Below, one piece after another: positions 39,915 through 50,002 of a stretch of DNA of 64,000 nucleotides (positions are counted from its first letter, which is position 1; every line of letters starts with the position of its first letter). The stretch is from a bacterium (lineage in GTDB: Bacteria > CAYTYR01 > UBA6262), in the NCBI GenBank assembly GCA_028712365.1, contig JAQTQE010000004.1, forward strand, positions 13,806 through 77,805. Direction: 5' to 3'. The notes below the pieces were generated by a model, which saw only the letters and a list, made by a program, of their open reading frames with translations, was not told where the DNA came from and searched no databases. Position numbers and translations under genes: made by a program.

Positions 39915-40420
39915 TAATGTGGCTTGTCTATAATATTTATTTTCCCTTAGTCCTGTTTACGGGGAAAATATTACGGCTCGCGCCTGATGAGACAGAACTT
40001 CACCTGGTTAAACTGAATAATCACTTGCGCGGTCAGGGAAAAGGAAAAGCAGAAAAGATTCTGATCCTGACTCCCAGTTGCCTGCAAAATAAAGACTGTA
40101 AGAATAATATAGTTGAGGATGCTAAAAACTGCCTGAAATGCGGTAAATGCAAAGTCAAAGATCTTTTAGCTCTAAGTGAAAAATACAAGATCAAACTGGT
40201 AGTAGCTACCGGAGGAAGATTAGCCCGGCAAGTTCTGTCCGAGACCAAGGCGGATACAGTGATCGCGGTGGCTTGTGAAAAGGAACTGGCCAGCGGTATT
40301 ATCGATACGTATCCGGTAGTAGTGCACGCAGTGGTCAATCAAAGACCTTTTGGCCCGTGCGTAAATACGGATGTGAACATACAAGAAGTTGAAAATATCA
40401 TTCAACGTATTTTAAAGTAA
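39911..40420 (+). CDS. Cys-rich hypothetical protein, DUF116-like
   Basis: 169 aa. N-terminal hydrophobic segment. CxxCxxC cluster (CLKCGKC). Family assignment is tentative. Confidence 0.45.
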   Translation: MIMWLVYNIYFPLVLFTGKILRLAPDETELHLVKLNNHLRGQGKGKAEKILILTPSCLQNKDCKNNIVEDAKNCLKCGKCKVKDLLALSEKYKIKLVVATGGRLARQVLSETKADTVIAVACEKELASGIIDTYPVVVHAVVNQRPFGPCVNTDVNIQEVENIIQRILK

Positions 40421-40450
40421 GAGGCAGGTCCAACGGTTAAAGGATGAACT

Positions 40451-40550
40451 CCGTTAGACCTCTAAAATAGGACAGCGGACCAAGTTAATCAGCCTATCTA
40501 TATTGCAATAGTTAATTATAATTTATTAATGATCCCAGGAGGTCTAACGG
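40451..40550 (+). promoter_or_regulatory. htpX 5' leader with 12-nt perfect anti-SD/SD long-range pairing (candidate RNA thermometer)
   Basis: CCGTTAGACCTC at 40451-40462 is the exact reverse complement of GAGGTCTAACGG at 40539-40550, which covers the GGAGG SD 2 nt before the ATG. A competing GGTCCAACGG lies at 40427-40436. Confidence 0.5.
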
Positions 40551-40551
40551 G

Positions 40552-41433
40552 ATGAATTCAATTAAAACTTTTGGTTTGATGTTTATATTAATTTTGCTAT
40601 TTACCTGGGCTGGCCGGGCGATCGGCGGCCAGCAAGGCATGGTGATGGCTTTTATCTTCGCTGTAGCGACAAATTTTTTCATGTACTGGTTCAGTGATTC
40701 CATAGTCCTGATGATGTACAAAGCTAAAATGGTCAAAGAAGAGGATGAAGCAGATCTTTATAAAGTGATCAGGAACCTAACGCTGAAAGCGAATCTGCCG
40801 ATGCCCAAAGTGTATATCATTGAAAATCCGACACCTAATGCTTTTGCCACTGGCCGGGATCCGCAACACGCGGCGGTGGCTGTCACCAGGGGTATCTTGG
40901 ATGTTTTAAACCAATCAGAACTGGAAGGCGTTATTGCCCATGAGCTGAGCCACGTGAAGCACCGGGACATTCTGGTGGCCACTATTGCCGCGACTTTTGC
41001 CGGGGCTATCACGATGCTGGCTAGGCTAGGACAGTTTGCCATGATGTTCGGCGGTATGGGCCGGGACAGGGATAATGATAGCGGCGGGGGATTGGGAGCG
41101 TTACTCATGATCATACTGGCTCCCCTGGCGGCGATCTTGATCCAGATGTCCATCTCCCGTTCGCGGGAATACCTGGCTGATGAAGGCGGAGCCAGGATTA
41201 CCGGACATCCTTTAGCCCTGGCCAATGCTTTAAAGAAACTGGCTGCTGCCGGCAAGCAGATTCCTATGGCGGCTAATCCCAGCACCGCGCATATGTTTAT
41301 CGTGAATCCTTTAAATGGTGAAGGCTTAGTCGGTCTCTTCAGTACGCATCCGCCGATGGCCAAACGCATCGAATTGCTGGAAAAAATGGAACAAGATCTG
41401 AAGATGTCAGGAATGCCGAAAATAATCACATGA
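40552..41433 (+). CDS. htpX: zinc metalloprotease HtpX (M48 family)
   Basis: 293 aa. [10 protein letters not shown] zinc motif. Transmembrane segments. Confidence 0.9.
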   Translation: MNSIKTFGLMFILILLFTWAGRAIGGQQGMVMAFIFAVATNFFMYWFSDSIVLMMYKAKMVKEEDEADLYKVIRNLTLKANLPMPKVYIIENPTPNAFATGRDPQHAAVAVTRGILDVLNQSELEGVIAHELSHVKHRDILVATIAATFAGAITMLARLGQFAMMFGGMGRDRDNDSGGGLGALLMIILAPLAAILIQMSISRSREYLADEGGARITGHPLALANALKKLAAAGKQIPMAANPSTAHMFIVNPLNGEGLVGLFSTHPPMAKRIELLEKMEQDLKMSGMPKIIT

Positions 41434-42374
41434 AAAAAATTACCCGCGTCAGCATATTCATAATTATTATCCTGGCCGCGTTATATTTCCTGGTTAATCT
41501 GGTAATGCTGCTTTTGATCAGGAACGACGCAGACCTGGAAGTGCCGGACCTGACTGGTATTACCGTATCTGAAGGATACGATAAATTGACCGCTCTCCAT
41601 TTGTTCCTGGTAAAGGATGGCGAACAATATAATGCCAGTATCCCAACCGGGGCGATAGTATCCCAAGTGCCATTGCCTGGCAGTAAAGTAAAAGCCGGCC
41701 GGAAAATAAAAGTCATCATCAGCCGTGGCTCGGAAAAGGTCAATACTCCGAATGTGACTGGCAAATTATGGAGAGACGCGGAGATAGTCTTGCGCCAGGC
41801 TGGTTTGATCATAGGGGAAACATTACGCGTTTACTCTAGCCAGGACCAGGATACAGTAGTGATTCAGGACCCGGTGGTGGGGACTTCCGTAGAAAAAGGC
41901 AGCAGCATTGGTCTTATTGTCAGTGCCGGGCCGATCGGGGAAGGGGCAGTAATGCCTAACCTGTTAAGCCGTCCTTATGAGCAAGTAGACCGCATCATTA
42001 AGATCATGGGCCTAAAAGTAGAGAAAGTAATGACAGAGGTCAATGATAATATTAATTCCGGCACAGTGGTTAACCAGTTGCCTGAAGCTAATTTACCATT
42101 GACTAAAGACACTGTAGTCTCACTGGTGATCAGCGTGAAATCAGGAGAAGAACTGGCCTCACCGTCCGTGAAAATAATCCATTATGAAGTCGCGCAGGGA
42201 TTATTGGAAAAAAGGGTGCGCATTACCGTCATTGATGAGCAGGGCGAAAGAGAAGTTTTTAATAAAGCGCAGGCTCCGGGCACAAAGCTGAATGTAGCGG
42301 CCAGCGTTAAAGGCAAGGCCAAAGCAAAAATATATGTCAATGAAGTTTTAGCCGAAGAAAGGCAGCTGCAATGA
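41430..42374 (+). CDS. membrane-anchored PASTA-repeat protein (no kinase or PBP domain)
   Basis: 314 aa. One N-terminal transmembrane segment followed by about four PASTA-like repeats. Located immediately upstream of rpe, as PrkC is in Firmicutes. Confidence 0.6.
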   Translation: MKKITRVSIFIIIILAALYFLVNLVMLLLIRNDADLEVPDLTGITVSEGYDKLTALHLFLVKDGEQYNASIPTGAIVSQVPLPGSKVKAGRKIKVIISRGSEKVNTPNVTGKLWRDAEIVLRQAGLIIGETLRVYSSQDQDTVVIQDPVVGTSVEKGSSIGLIVSAGPIGEGAVMPNLLSRPYEQVDRIIKIMGLKVEKVMTEVNDNINSGTVVNQLPEANLPLTKDTVVSLVISVKSGEELASPSVKIIHYEVAQGLLEKRVRITVIDEQGEREVFNKAQAPGTKLNVAASVKGKAKAKIYVNEVLAEERQLQ

Positions 42375-43039
42375 TCAGGATCGCGCCATCGGTTTTAAAT
42401 TGTGATCTTAGCTGCCTGGCCGCGGAAGTGAAGCTGCTGGAAGACGGTGGCGCGGATTGGTTGCATTTGGATGTGATGGATGGCGTATTCGTTCCTAATT
42501 TGACTTTTGGTCCGCCGGTGATCAAATCACTGCGTCAGAAAACGAAATTGCCTTTTGACGCGCACTTAATGATAGCTGACCCGGAACGGTATATCCAGGA
42601 CTATGTTGCCGCCGGTTGTGATATGATCACGGTCCATGCAGAAGCAGTGAAGAATATGGGCCGGACTATTGAGAAAATAAAAAAAGCGGGTTTAAAAGCC
42701 GGCATTTCCATAAAACCAAAGACCGCGCCGGAAGTGATCGGGCCTTGGTTGAAAAAGATTGACCTGGTGCTGGTGATGACGGTGGAACCTGGATTTGGCG
42801 GACAGGAATTCATGGCAGCCATGTTGCCAAAGATCAAGACCTTACGGCAGATGATCGGACAACAAAAGAGAAAAATTGAATTAGCTGTGGATGGCGGTAT
42901 CAGCGATAAAAATATAGCCCAGGTAGTTTCTGCCGGAGCTGATTTTGTCGTGGCTGGTAGTTTTGTGTTTAAAAGCCATAATGTAAAGAAAGCGATCCAG
43001 GTATTGAGAAGTAAGGCAGAAATAGGAATGGAAACATAA
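42371..43039 (+). CDS. rpe: ribulose-phosphate 3-epimerase Rpe
   Basis: 222 aa. [12 protein letters not shown]...HLDVMDG TIM-barrel motifs. Confidence 0.9.
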   Translation: MIRIAPSVLNCDLSCLAAEVKLLEDGGADWLHLDVMDGVFVPNLTFGPPVIKSLRQKTKLPFDAHLMIADPERYIQDYVAAGCDMITVHAEAVKNMGRTIEKIKKAGLKAGISIKPKTAPEVIGPWLKKIDLVLVMTVEPGFGGQEFMAAMLPKIKTLRQMIGQQKRKIELAVDGGISDKNIAQVVSAGADFVVAGSFVFKSHNVKKAIQVLRSKAEIGMET

Positions 43040-43066
43040 AATCAAATAGAAAACGAGGTGTTGACA

Positions 43067-43312
43067 GTGGCATTGAAACTGAAATTGCAGCGCAAAGGAG
43101 CTCCACACAGAGCTTTCTACAGATTGGTAGCTCAGGATGAATCAAGGGCCAGCAGCGGCAAGGTAGTGGCAATATTGGGACAGTATAGCCAATTTACCAA
43201 ACCCCAATTGACTGGATTGAAACAAGAAGAGATCATGTCGTGGTATAAAAAAGGGGCAAAACCAACTAATACCGTAAAGAAAATATTGCTCCAGGCAGGC
43301 ATTAAACTATAA
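43067..43312 (+). CDS. rpsP: 30S ribosomal protein S16
   Basis: KLKLQRKGAPHRAFYRLVA matches bS16. A GTG at 43067 with GAGG RBS is preferred over the GTG at 43058. Confidence 0.85.
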   Translation: MALKLKLQRKGAPHRAFYRLVAQDESRASSGKVVAILGQYSQFTKPQLTGLKQEEIMSWYKKGAKPTNTVKKILLQAGIKL

Positions 43313-43410
43313 AGCGCATATAGCTTATAGCTAATGGCTTATGGCTTTTTGCTATAGGTCATCTGCTATCTGCGCTCTTGCCTTTAGCGTACTATCTTGA
43401 GGGGGTTTTG

Positions 43411-43653
43411 ATGCTGAGCAACTTAAAAGATCTGGTAGAATATATTGTTAAAGCCTTAGTGGATGAACCTGATAAGGTGAGTGTTAACGAAGTATTAGGA
43501 GAGCAAGCCGTAGTATTGGAATTGCGGGTATCCCAGCCGGATATCGGTAAAGTGATCGGTAAACAAGGCCGGATAGTGAAAGCCATCCGGTTATTATTGG
43601 GAGCCGCGGGATCAAAAGCTAAGAAACGTATTGTCTTGGAGATCATTGAGTGA
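43411..43653 (+). CDS. KH-domain RNA-binding protein (YlqC/UPF0109 family)
   Basis: KH motif [13 protein letters not shown]. Conserved rpsP-KH-trmD order. I moved the start to the ATG at 43411. Confidence 0.75.
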   Translation: MLSNLKDLVEYIVKALVDEPDKVSVNEVLGEQAVVLELRVSQPDIGKVIGKQGRIVKAIRLLLGAAGSKAKKRIVLEIIE

Positions 43654-44414
43654 AGATTGATGTGATCACTCTTTTCCCGGGTATCTTTAATGGATTCCTG
43701 GAAGAGTCGATAATCAAAAAAGCGCAAAAAAGGAAAGTGGTCGGCATCAGCTTGGTAGATTTGCGCCAGTTCGGAGAAGGTCGGCACTTGACCTGCGATG
43801 ATTCTCCTTACGGCGGCGGTGCCGGTATGGTTATGAAATGCGCGCCGCTGTTTAAGGCGGTCCAGGAAGTATCCCGGAAAAACAGTCATGTAATACTGAT
43901 GTCTCCTCAGGGTAAGATCCTTAACCAGGCCATGGCCAACAAGCTGGCGAAAAAGAAACAACTGACTATAATTTGCGGCCGGTATGAAGGCATTGATGAA
44001 CGAGTCCGGGCCAGGCTGGTTGATGAAGAGATATCCATCGGTGATTTTGTAGTCAGCGGCGGCGAGATACCGGCCATGGTTTTAGTAGAAGCGGTCGTAA
44101 GATTATTACCGGGCGCTATCAGCAAACAAGAATCTTATGAAAAAGATTCTTTTTATAATGGATTACTGGATTGGCCTCATTATACCCGGCCAGCTATTTA
44201 TAATAAAATGAAGGTCCCGGCTGTGCTGTTGAGCGGTAACCATATGGCTATCGAGAAGTGGCGGCGGGAACAAGCGGAAAAAGCAACTAAAATAAACAGG
44301 CCTGAGCTATGGGCCAGTTATTTGCGATCAACAAAGGCAATAAGAACGAGGAACAGTAAGAGAGAAATACATTTGCCAGTAAGAGCGAGGAGCAGTAAGA
44401 GCGAGAAGCAGTAA
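43650..44414 (+). CDS. trmD: tRNA (guanine37-N1)-methyltransferase TrmD
   Basis: 254 aa. SPOUT fold, N-terminal [10 protein letters not shown]. The C-terminal 25 aa are encoded by short tandem DNA repeats. Confidence 0.9.
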   Translation: MKIDVITLFPGIFNGFLEESIIKKAQKRKVVGISLVDLRQFGEGRHLTCDDSPYGGGAGMVMKCAPLFKAVQEVSRKNSHVILMSPQGKILNQAMANKLAKKKQLTIICGRYEGIDERVRARLVDEEISIGDFVVSGGEIPAMVLVEAVVRLLPGAISKQESYEKDSFYNGLLDWPHYTRPAIYNKMKVPAVLLSGNHMAIEKWRREQAEKATKINRPELWASYLRSTKAIRTRNSKREIHLPVRARSSKSEKQ

Positions 44415-44477
44415 GAACTGTTTCTCGTATTGACCGGCAACTCGAGCGCTGGCGCACTTAAAAAAAGGAGTAGAACA

Positions 44478-44852
44478 ATGGATTTGATGAAAGTAGTACA
44501 TGACAAGCAGTTGAAGAAGGACATACCTTCCTTTAAACCGGGAGACCTGGTCCGGGTACATACGAAAGTAGTCGAAGGTGATAATGAACGGGTACAGGTG
44601 TTTGAAGGTACCGTCATTGCCCGTAAAAGCGGTGGATTGAACGAAAGCCTGACCGTCAGGAAAATATCATTTGGCGTAGGAGTAGAACGGACATTTCCTA
44701 TTAATTCGCCGCGGATCATCAAATTGGAGCGGATCAAAGAAGGCAGAGTCCGCCGGGCAAAATTGTACTATATCAGGGATAAAGAGGGTAAGGAAGCTAA
44801 AATTAAGGAAAAAATAAGCAACCAGGTCATTCCTACCGATGCCAAAGGATGA
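44478..44852 (+). CDS. rplS: 50S ribosomal protein L19
   Basis: [18 protein letters not shown]...FEGTVIARK matches bL19. Start is the ATG at 44478, after an AGGAG RBS. Confidence 0.9.
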   Translation: MDLMKVVHDKQLKKDIPSFKPGDLVRVHTKVVEGDNERVQVFEGTVIARKSGGLNESLTVRKISFGVGVERTFPINSPRIIKLERIKEGRVRRAKLYYIRDKEGKEAKIKEKISNQVIPTDAKG

Positions 44853-45483
44853 AGATAGGGAAAAAGAAAGAGTCCGCGAGCTTTATGCTCATGAAGGGCA
44901 ATGTTACGTCACTGGGATAAAACTGGTGGCCGGAGTTGATGAGGCTGGCCGCGGTCCTTTGGCCGGGCCGGTAGTGGCCGGAGCAGTAATATTGCCGCCA
45001 TATGTTTTTTTGCCGAAATTGAATGATTCTAAACTGGTATCTGAAAAGGATAGGGATTTGTTGTACCAGAAAATAAATAGCGTAGCGGTAGCGGTAGGTA
45101 TAGGGGAAGTCAGTGTTGAGTTAATTGACCGGCATAATATTTTGGAAGCCACAAAAATAGCCATGAAACAAGCGATAGAGAATCTGGGGGTAACTCCAGA
45201 TTTTTTATTAACTGATGCTGTTCATTTACCGGATTCACTAGCGCCGCAGAAGAATATTATCAAAGGGGACCGCGTAAGCGCGTCGATAGCTGCGGCTAGC
45301 ATTATCGCCAAGGTCTATCGGGATAAAATAATGCTGGAACTGCATAGAAAATATCCTCTTTATGGTTTTGACCGTCATAAGGGGTATGGCACACAGGAAC
45401 ATCTGGCGGCCTTGGCCAAATACGGTCCATGCCCGCACCACCGGAAAAGTTTTGCCCCCGTTAAAGAGGCTTGGCATGTCTAG
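44839..45483 (+). CDS. rnhB: ribonuclease HII
   Basis: [17 protein letters not shown] active-site motif. The exact start is uncertain; an internal start is possible. Confidence 0.88.
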   Translation: MPKDEDREKERVRELYAHEGQCYVTGIKLVAGVDEAGRGPLAGPVVAGAVILPPYVFLPKLNDSKLVSEKDRDLLYQKINSVAVAVGIGEVSVELIDRHNILEATKIAMKQAIENLGVTPDFLLTDAVHLPDSLAPQKNIIKGDRVSASIAAASIIAKVYRDKIMLELHRKYPLYGFDRHKGYGTQEHLAALAKYGPCPHHRKSFAPVKEAWHV

Positions 45484-45847
45484 AGTTGATAATCGCCGCA
45501 AAGGATTTGCCGGCGAGGAAAGAGCCGCTGATTATTTGCGCGGTCTGGGATATACGATACTGGAACAAAATTGGTGCAGCCGGCTGGGAGAGCTGGACAT
45601 CATTGCCTTGGACCGGGAAGCACTGGTATTCGTAGAAGTTAAATCGCGTTTGGATAGCGTTTATGGCCTGCCGCAACAAGCCGTGAACGGTTATAAACAA
45701 AGGCAGATAATAAAAGCTGCCCTGGGATATATTAAAAGCAAGGGGATCATGGATAAGGATATAAGGTTTGACGTAGTAAGTATCAATGGCGAAGATATTG
45801 AACTGATCGAGAATGCTTTTCAATCCGATGGCAGATACCGGTATTAA
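45476..45847 (+). CDS. yraN: YraN/UPF0102 family putative endonuclease
   Basis: GEERAADYL...[20 protein letters not shown] restriction-endonuclease-like fold. Start at the ATG at 45476. Confidence 0.8.
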   Translation: MSRVDNRRKGFAGEERAADYLRGLGYTILEQNWCSRLGELDIIALDREALVFVEVKSRLDSVYGLPQQAVNGYKQRQIIKAALGYIKSKGIMDKDIRFDVVSINGEDIELIENAFQSDGRYRY

Positions 45848-45853
45848 GAGCAG

Positions 45854-46741
45854 GTGTATAGGTTTAGAGGTGTAGCGTTGGGTAAGTACTTAATTATATT
45901 TATATTAATTTTTCTTGCGGTACAGAGTAGGGCAGAGGGAATACGCGATGAGATATTTTATCTTAATCGGGAAAACAAACTGTCCATTAATGAAGAAAAT
46001 CTGAATAAACTGAAGCAGGAAGACTCTACCGCGTTGATAGAAATATTAGCTGAAAGCAAAGAAGACCACCCGATCAAGACCATTATGGGTGAATTGCAAG
46101 TATCTACTGCGGCCAAAAATGAGATCATCTTGAAACTGGCTGAATTCGCTGATCAGAGAGCCAGGGATATCATCGAATGGTATATGCTGAACAGCCCGGA
46201 CAGGTTCAATCGGCATATCGCGGCTGTTGCGCTGGGATCAGTTGGCGATAAAACCTCTATTGAAAAGTTAAAAACAGTGATCAAAGAACTTGATCCCGCC
46301 CTGCAGTTATACGCTGCCAGGGCCTTGGGGGAGTTAGGCGATGTTTCCGGTTATGACCTGGCGATTCAGTATTTAAATAGCGCAGACCTGACGTTGAAAA
46401 CCCAGGCCATGTATGCCCTGGCTATGATCGGTCTGCCGGCAGCAATCCCCTTGCTAGAGCGGGAACTGTCTGATAAAAATACCCGGGAAGTTGCCCGGCT
46501 GGCCATTAATAAGATAAAGTATGATAATTTACCGGCAAAAAAGAAACCCGCTTACCTCAGGAAATTATTACAGCGCGAATCTGGTGAAACAGTATACTGG
46601 GCAGCTACGGAATTCATGACTTTGGGCGAAGAATATGTGCGAGAATTGAAAAAGATCGCGCAACGTAAAAAATATCCAGGCGTAGAATTGATCAAGGCGG
46701 CTCTAGCGGCAAAAGAAATCCAAGGCGATATGATAAAGTAA
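45854..46741 (+). CDS. secreted HEAT/PBS-lyase-repeat protein
   Basis: 295 aa. Signal peptide. Repeated AAxALGxxGD units. Confidence 0.6.
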   Translation: MYRFRGVALGKYLIIFILIFLAVQSRAEGIRDEIFYLNRENKLSINEENLNKLKQEDSTALIEILAESKEDHPIKTIMGELQVSTAAKNEIILKLAEFADQRARDIIEWYMLNSPDRFNRHIAAVALGSVGDKTSIEKLKTVIKELDPALQLYAARALGELGDVSGYDLAIQYLNSADLTLKTQAMYALAMIGLPAAIPLLERELSDKNTREVARLAINKIKYDNLPAKKKPAYLRKLLQRESGETVYWAATEFMTLGEEYVRELKKIAQRKKYPGVELIKAALAAKEIQGDMIK

Positions 46742-46753
46742 AGGGACACCTTA

Positions 46754-47734
46754 ATGCGTAAATACTTCATTTTAATTTGTTCGATCCTGGTCGTGAGTTT
46801 GTTTGTCTGGTATAATCCTGGCAAAATAGCTAGAATAGTTTTATTCAAAGAACTAAAAGGACATACAAAAGGCATACTCTCCGTAGCTTTTTCTCCTGAT
46901 GGAAGCTACTTAGCTTCAGGCAGTACGGATAAAACAGTCAAAATATGGTCTTTAGGGTCAAATAGTCCCATTATGACATTTAAAGGTCATACCAATACGG
47001 TTATGTCCGTAGCCTTTTCCCGCAGTGGAAAATATGTAGCGTCAGCCAGTCTGGATGGCACAATTAAACTATGGTCTATTAATGACGGTACCTGTACTCG
47101 TACCTTTAGGGGGCATACCCTGGGGGTTCGGACAGTAGCTTTTTCTCCAGACAGCAAATATCTGGCTTCAGCCAGCGCTGACCGTACCTTAAAGATATGG
47201 AACCTAGAGTCTGGAAAATGTGAAAGGACCATTAAAGTGATAATGCCAACAAAGCGCCAGCATACACCACGGTGGATCACGTTTTCACCATTGGGTCGAT
47301 ATTTGATCTCCGGAGGTACAGACAACAATGCAAGGTTATGGTCTGTTAAGACTGGTAAAAGGTTAAAAACATATAAAGGACATAAGTCATGGGTGAATAC
47401 CGTAGCTTGCGCGAAAAATAAAAATTTATTTGTTTCCGGCAGTGATGATTTTACTGCCAAGCTTTGGAGCATCAAAGGCGGCAGGTGCCGCAAGACATTC
47501 ACTGGCCATACTAATACTGTGGAAAGCGTCGCCATCTCCCCATCTTGCCGGTTCGTGGCTTCGGGTAGCTACGATGGTACAGCGAGGTTATGGTCTGTCG
47601 ACACCGGGAAATGCCTGGAAGTGTATGATTGCCAGAATGAATATGTGACTTCGGTAGCTTTTTCGCCGGATGAAAAATTGTTAGCTAGCGCCGGTGACCA
47701 TGGAAAGATCAAGATCTGGATCTTGCCCCAATAA
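46754..47734 (+). CDS. WD40-repeat protein (7-bladed beta-propeller) with N-terminal membrane anchor
   Basis: 326 aa. Seven canonical GH...WD/WS repeats (KGHTxxVxSVAFSPDG...SGSxDxTxKxW). Confidence 0.85.
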   Translation: MRKYFILICSILVVSLFVWYNPGKIARIVLFKELKGHTKGILSVAFSPDGSYLASGSTDKTVKIWSLGSNSPIMTFKGHTNTVMSVAFSRSGKYVASASLDGTIKLWSINDGTCTRTFRGHTLGVRTVAFSPDSKYLASASADRTLKIWNLESGKCERTIKVIMPTKRQHTPRWITFSPLGRYLISGGTDNNARLWSVKTGKRLKTYKGHKSWVNTVACAKNKNLFVSGSDDFTAKLWSIKGGRCRKTFTGHTNTVESVAISPSCRFVASGSYDGTARLWSVDTGKCLEVYDCQNEYVTSVAFSPDEKLLASAGDHGKIKIWILPQ

Positions 47735-47753
47735 ATCAGGAATAGGAGTAACT

Positions 47754-48182
47754 ATGCAGGAATCTTTTAAAGAAATGATCAAGGAACTAAAAACTTTTTT
47801 CGCGCCGGAAAACATGTATTTCAACCAGGATCTGCAGTTTGTTAAGACCAGGATGGTAGTAACGGAAGAAAAACTGGCGCCGTTATTGGCAATATTGGAT
47901 AAATTTTATAAGGGTCCTTTTAAGCCGGCCGGAGAAAAGCCAGCCAGGGAAATGGGTGACCTGGAAGTGATCCAGGCTTTGAATGGTATCAGGAAAGAAC
48001 AAACCTTGTATCTAAATACCAATGATGCTGAATATGTTTATTTCGCGGCGATCTGGCCCTGGCAGAGCGATCCGTCACAAGCCAGTCTTTTTCTTGGTTT
48101 GCATTTTGGAGGTCTTTTGACTCCCGCCCGAAAAGTATTAATGGAAAACACGAAAAAGGAACTGGAAGCCGTTGTCCAATAA
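47754..48182 (+). CDS. hypothetical protein
   Basis: 142 aa starting at the ATG with AGGAG RBS. No recognisable motif. Confidence 0.4.
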   Translation: MQESFKEMIKELKTFFAPENMYFNQDLQFVKTRMVVTEEKLAPLLAILDKFYKGPFKPAGEKPAREMGDLEVIQALNGIRKEQTLYLNTNDAEYVYFAAIWPWQSDPSQASLFLGLHFGGLLTPARKVLMENTKKELEAVVQ

Positions 48183-49299
48183 CCTGCCCCTGGAAAAAAT
48201 AGTAATTCTTTATGCTCCTTGCGGGGCTGGCCATAAAAAGGCCGCTGAAGCCCTGGCCGGGTATTTTGGCCAACAGGCTGGCCTGGCCGTGGAAATTAAA
48301 GACATACTGGATTTTGCTCCTGCCTGGTACCGTTTCATTTATCGTGATGGATACTATTTATTGGTCAAGAAATTTCCTAGACTATGGTCCTTGCTTTATC
48401 AGGGGACGGAGCTTGGGTATAAAGAACATATCCTGGTCAGGTTCGCCCGTTGGATCGAAGATAGTTTATTTGATCCTTTTTACCGCTACCTGAAACTGGC
48501 CAAGCCGACAGTGCTGATCACTACTCATTTTTTGCCAATTTCCCTGTTAAAGGATATAAAAAGGGATTTCAAGTTTGGCGCCGTGATCACTGATTATTAT
48601 CCGCATAGCCTGTGGGTCAGCAGCCAGGTGGATAAATATTTTGTTGCTTCTGACTATGTAAAACAGGTCTTGCGGCAAAAAGGGGTCCGGGAAGACAGTA
48701 TTGATATAACCGGCATCCCTATCCAGCCGATCGCGGTGACTGGATCTGATCATAAAAAGAATCTATTTACCGTGCTGATTTTAAGCGGAGCCGGGGGGGT
48801 CGGTGACCTCTCTTCGATCATTAAGGGATTAGAGGTATTTACCGGGAAAATGCAGGTGATCGTGAGTACAGGCTTGAACCGGAAACTGCAAGCTAAACTG
48901 GTTCAAGAAGCAAAGGTCAGTACTTTAGACGTTCAGGTGATCGGTTTTACTGATAAGATATATGAATATTACGCCAGCAGTGATATAGTGATCACTAAGC
49001 CGGGCGGTTTAACGGTCACCGAATGCCTGACTTTTGGATTGCCGCTGATCATGATCAATGCCATTCCGGGGCAGGAAGAGGAAAATGCCAAATTTGTGGC
49101 TGAACATCAAGCCGGGATCCTGGTCAAGGATATTAAGCAAATACCGGGAATAATTGATGGCTGGCTGAGTAACCCGTCACAACTTGCCGCTATGAAAGCG
49201 CGAGCTTTAATAACCGCGCCACATGACAGCAATGAAAGGATTTTTAATAAATTGGTACGCAATAAAAATTGTTGCAATAATAATCGGGATAGTGTATAA
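48172..49299 (+). CDS. MGDG-synthase-like / UgtP-type diacylglycerol glycosyltransferase (GT28)
   Basis: 375 aa. N-terminal ILYAPCGAGHKKAAEAL, typical of the MGDG_synth domain. C-terminal GT28 domain. TTG start. Confidence 0.7.
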   Translation: MSNNLPLEKIVILYAPCGAGHKKAAEALAGYFGQQAGLAVEIKDILDFAPAWYRFIYRDGYYLLVKKFPRLWSLLYQGTELGYKEHILVRFARWIEDSLFDPFYRYLKLAKPTVLITTHFLPISLLKDIKRDFKFGAVITDYYPHSLWVSSQVDKYFVASDYVKQVLRQKGVREDSIDITGIPIQPIAVTGSDHKKNLFTVLILSGAGGVGDLSSIIKGLEVFTGKMQVIVSTGLNRKLQAKLVQEAKVSTLDVQVIGFTDKIYEYYASSDIVITKPGGLTVTECLTFGLPLIMINAIPGQEEENAKFVAEHQAGILVKDIKQIPGIIDGWLSNPSQLAAMKARALITAPHDSNERIFNKLVRNKNCCNNNRDSV

Positions 49300-49312
49300 G
49301 ATTTGTAAATTT

Positions 49313-50002
49313 ATGAAAAGGCGAACCATGTTTAGTAAAAAACTATTTTCCATACTGGCCATAACTCTGGCTGTATCCTGGCTGCTGCCGCGCTTTCTTA
49401 TGGCGGAAGAAGAAGCTTTGATCAGGGAAGAATTGAATGAGCGGGGTAAATCCGGGGCCAAACGGCACATGCTCATTTTCAGCGGCGGAGGATATTTGGG
49501 GCGGAACAAACTTTTAGCTGGATATGAAGATTACACTGATAACTATTCCGGCCATTTGGAAGTGCGCATGGGCTTGGCCGCGGTTAAGGAGCGGCCGGAT
49601 ATTGTCATTAGCCTTAATTATGATTTTATGCCGCTGATCTTGCCTGATGGTATATATGGTATGAGTGAAAATATTATTTCCATTAACCTGAATGCCTATT
49701 ATGTTTTTTACGCCCAGCGAAAACTTAATTTCTTTGCCGGCCCTGGTATCGGTTACTATTTTGATACGCTCACTATGGATACGCCGGCCAGTGGCAAATT
49801 AGAGCATCAATACCGGTTTGTCGGATATAATTTAGGTGTCGGCGCTCAGTATTACTTGGATAAATTCATTACCCTGATACCCTTGTTGAAATACCATCAG
49901 ATCAATGAGCCTGGTTCTTTTAAGGCGAAACATTTGGTCTTTCAAGTCGGTTTTAACTACAATTTCGCAGGAACGGATTGGAATAAATGGAAAAAAGACT
50001 AA
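49313..50002 (+). CDS. small outer-membrane beta-barrel protein
   Basis: 229 aa. Signal peptide. Aromatic-rich alternating strands (GYNLGVGAQYY, FQVGFNYNF). Confidence 0.5.
   Translation: MKRRTMFSKKLFSILAITLAVSWLLPRFLMAEEEALIREELNERGKSGAKRHMLIFSGGGYLGRNKLLAGYEDYTDNYSGHLEVRMGLAAVKERPDIVISLNYDFMPLILPDGIYGMSENIISINLNAYYVFYAQRKLNFFAGPGIGYYFDTLTMDTPASGKLEHQYRFVGYNLGVGAQYYLDKFITLIPLLKYHQINEPGSFKAKHLVFQVGFNYNFAGTDWNKWKKD

Noticed and set aside
40758-41429. 223-aa minus-strand ORF antisense to htpX
   Set aside because: Embedded in htpX, which carries the HExxH motif. There is no independent support for it.
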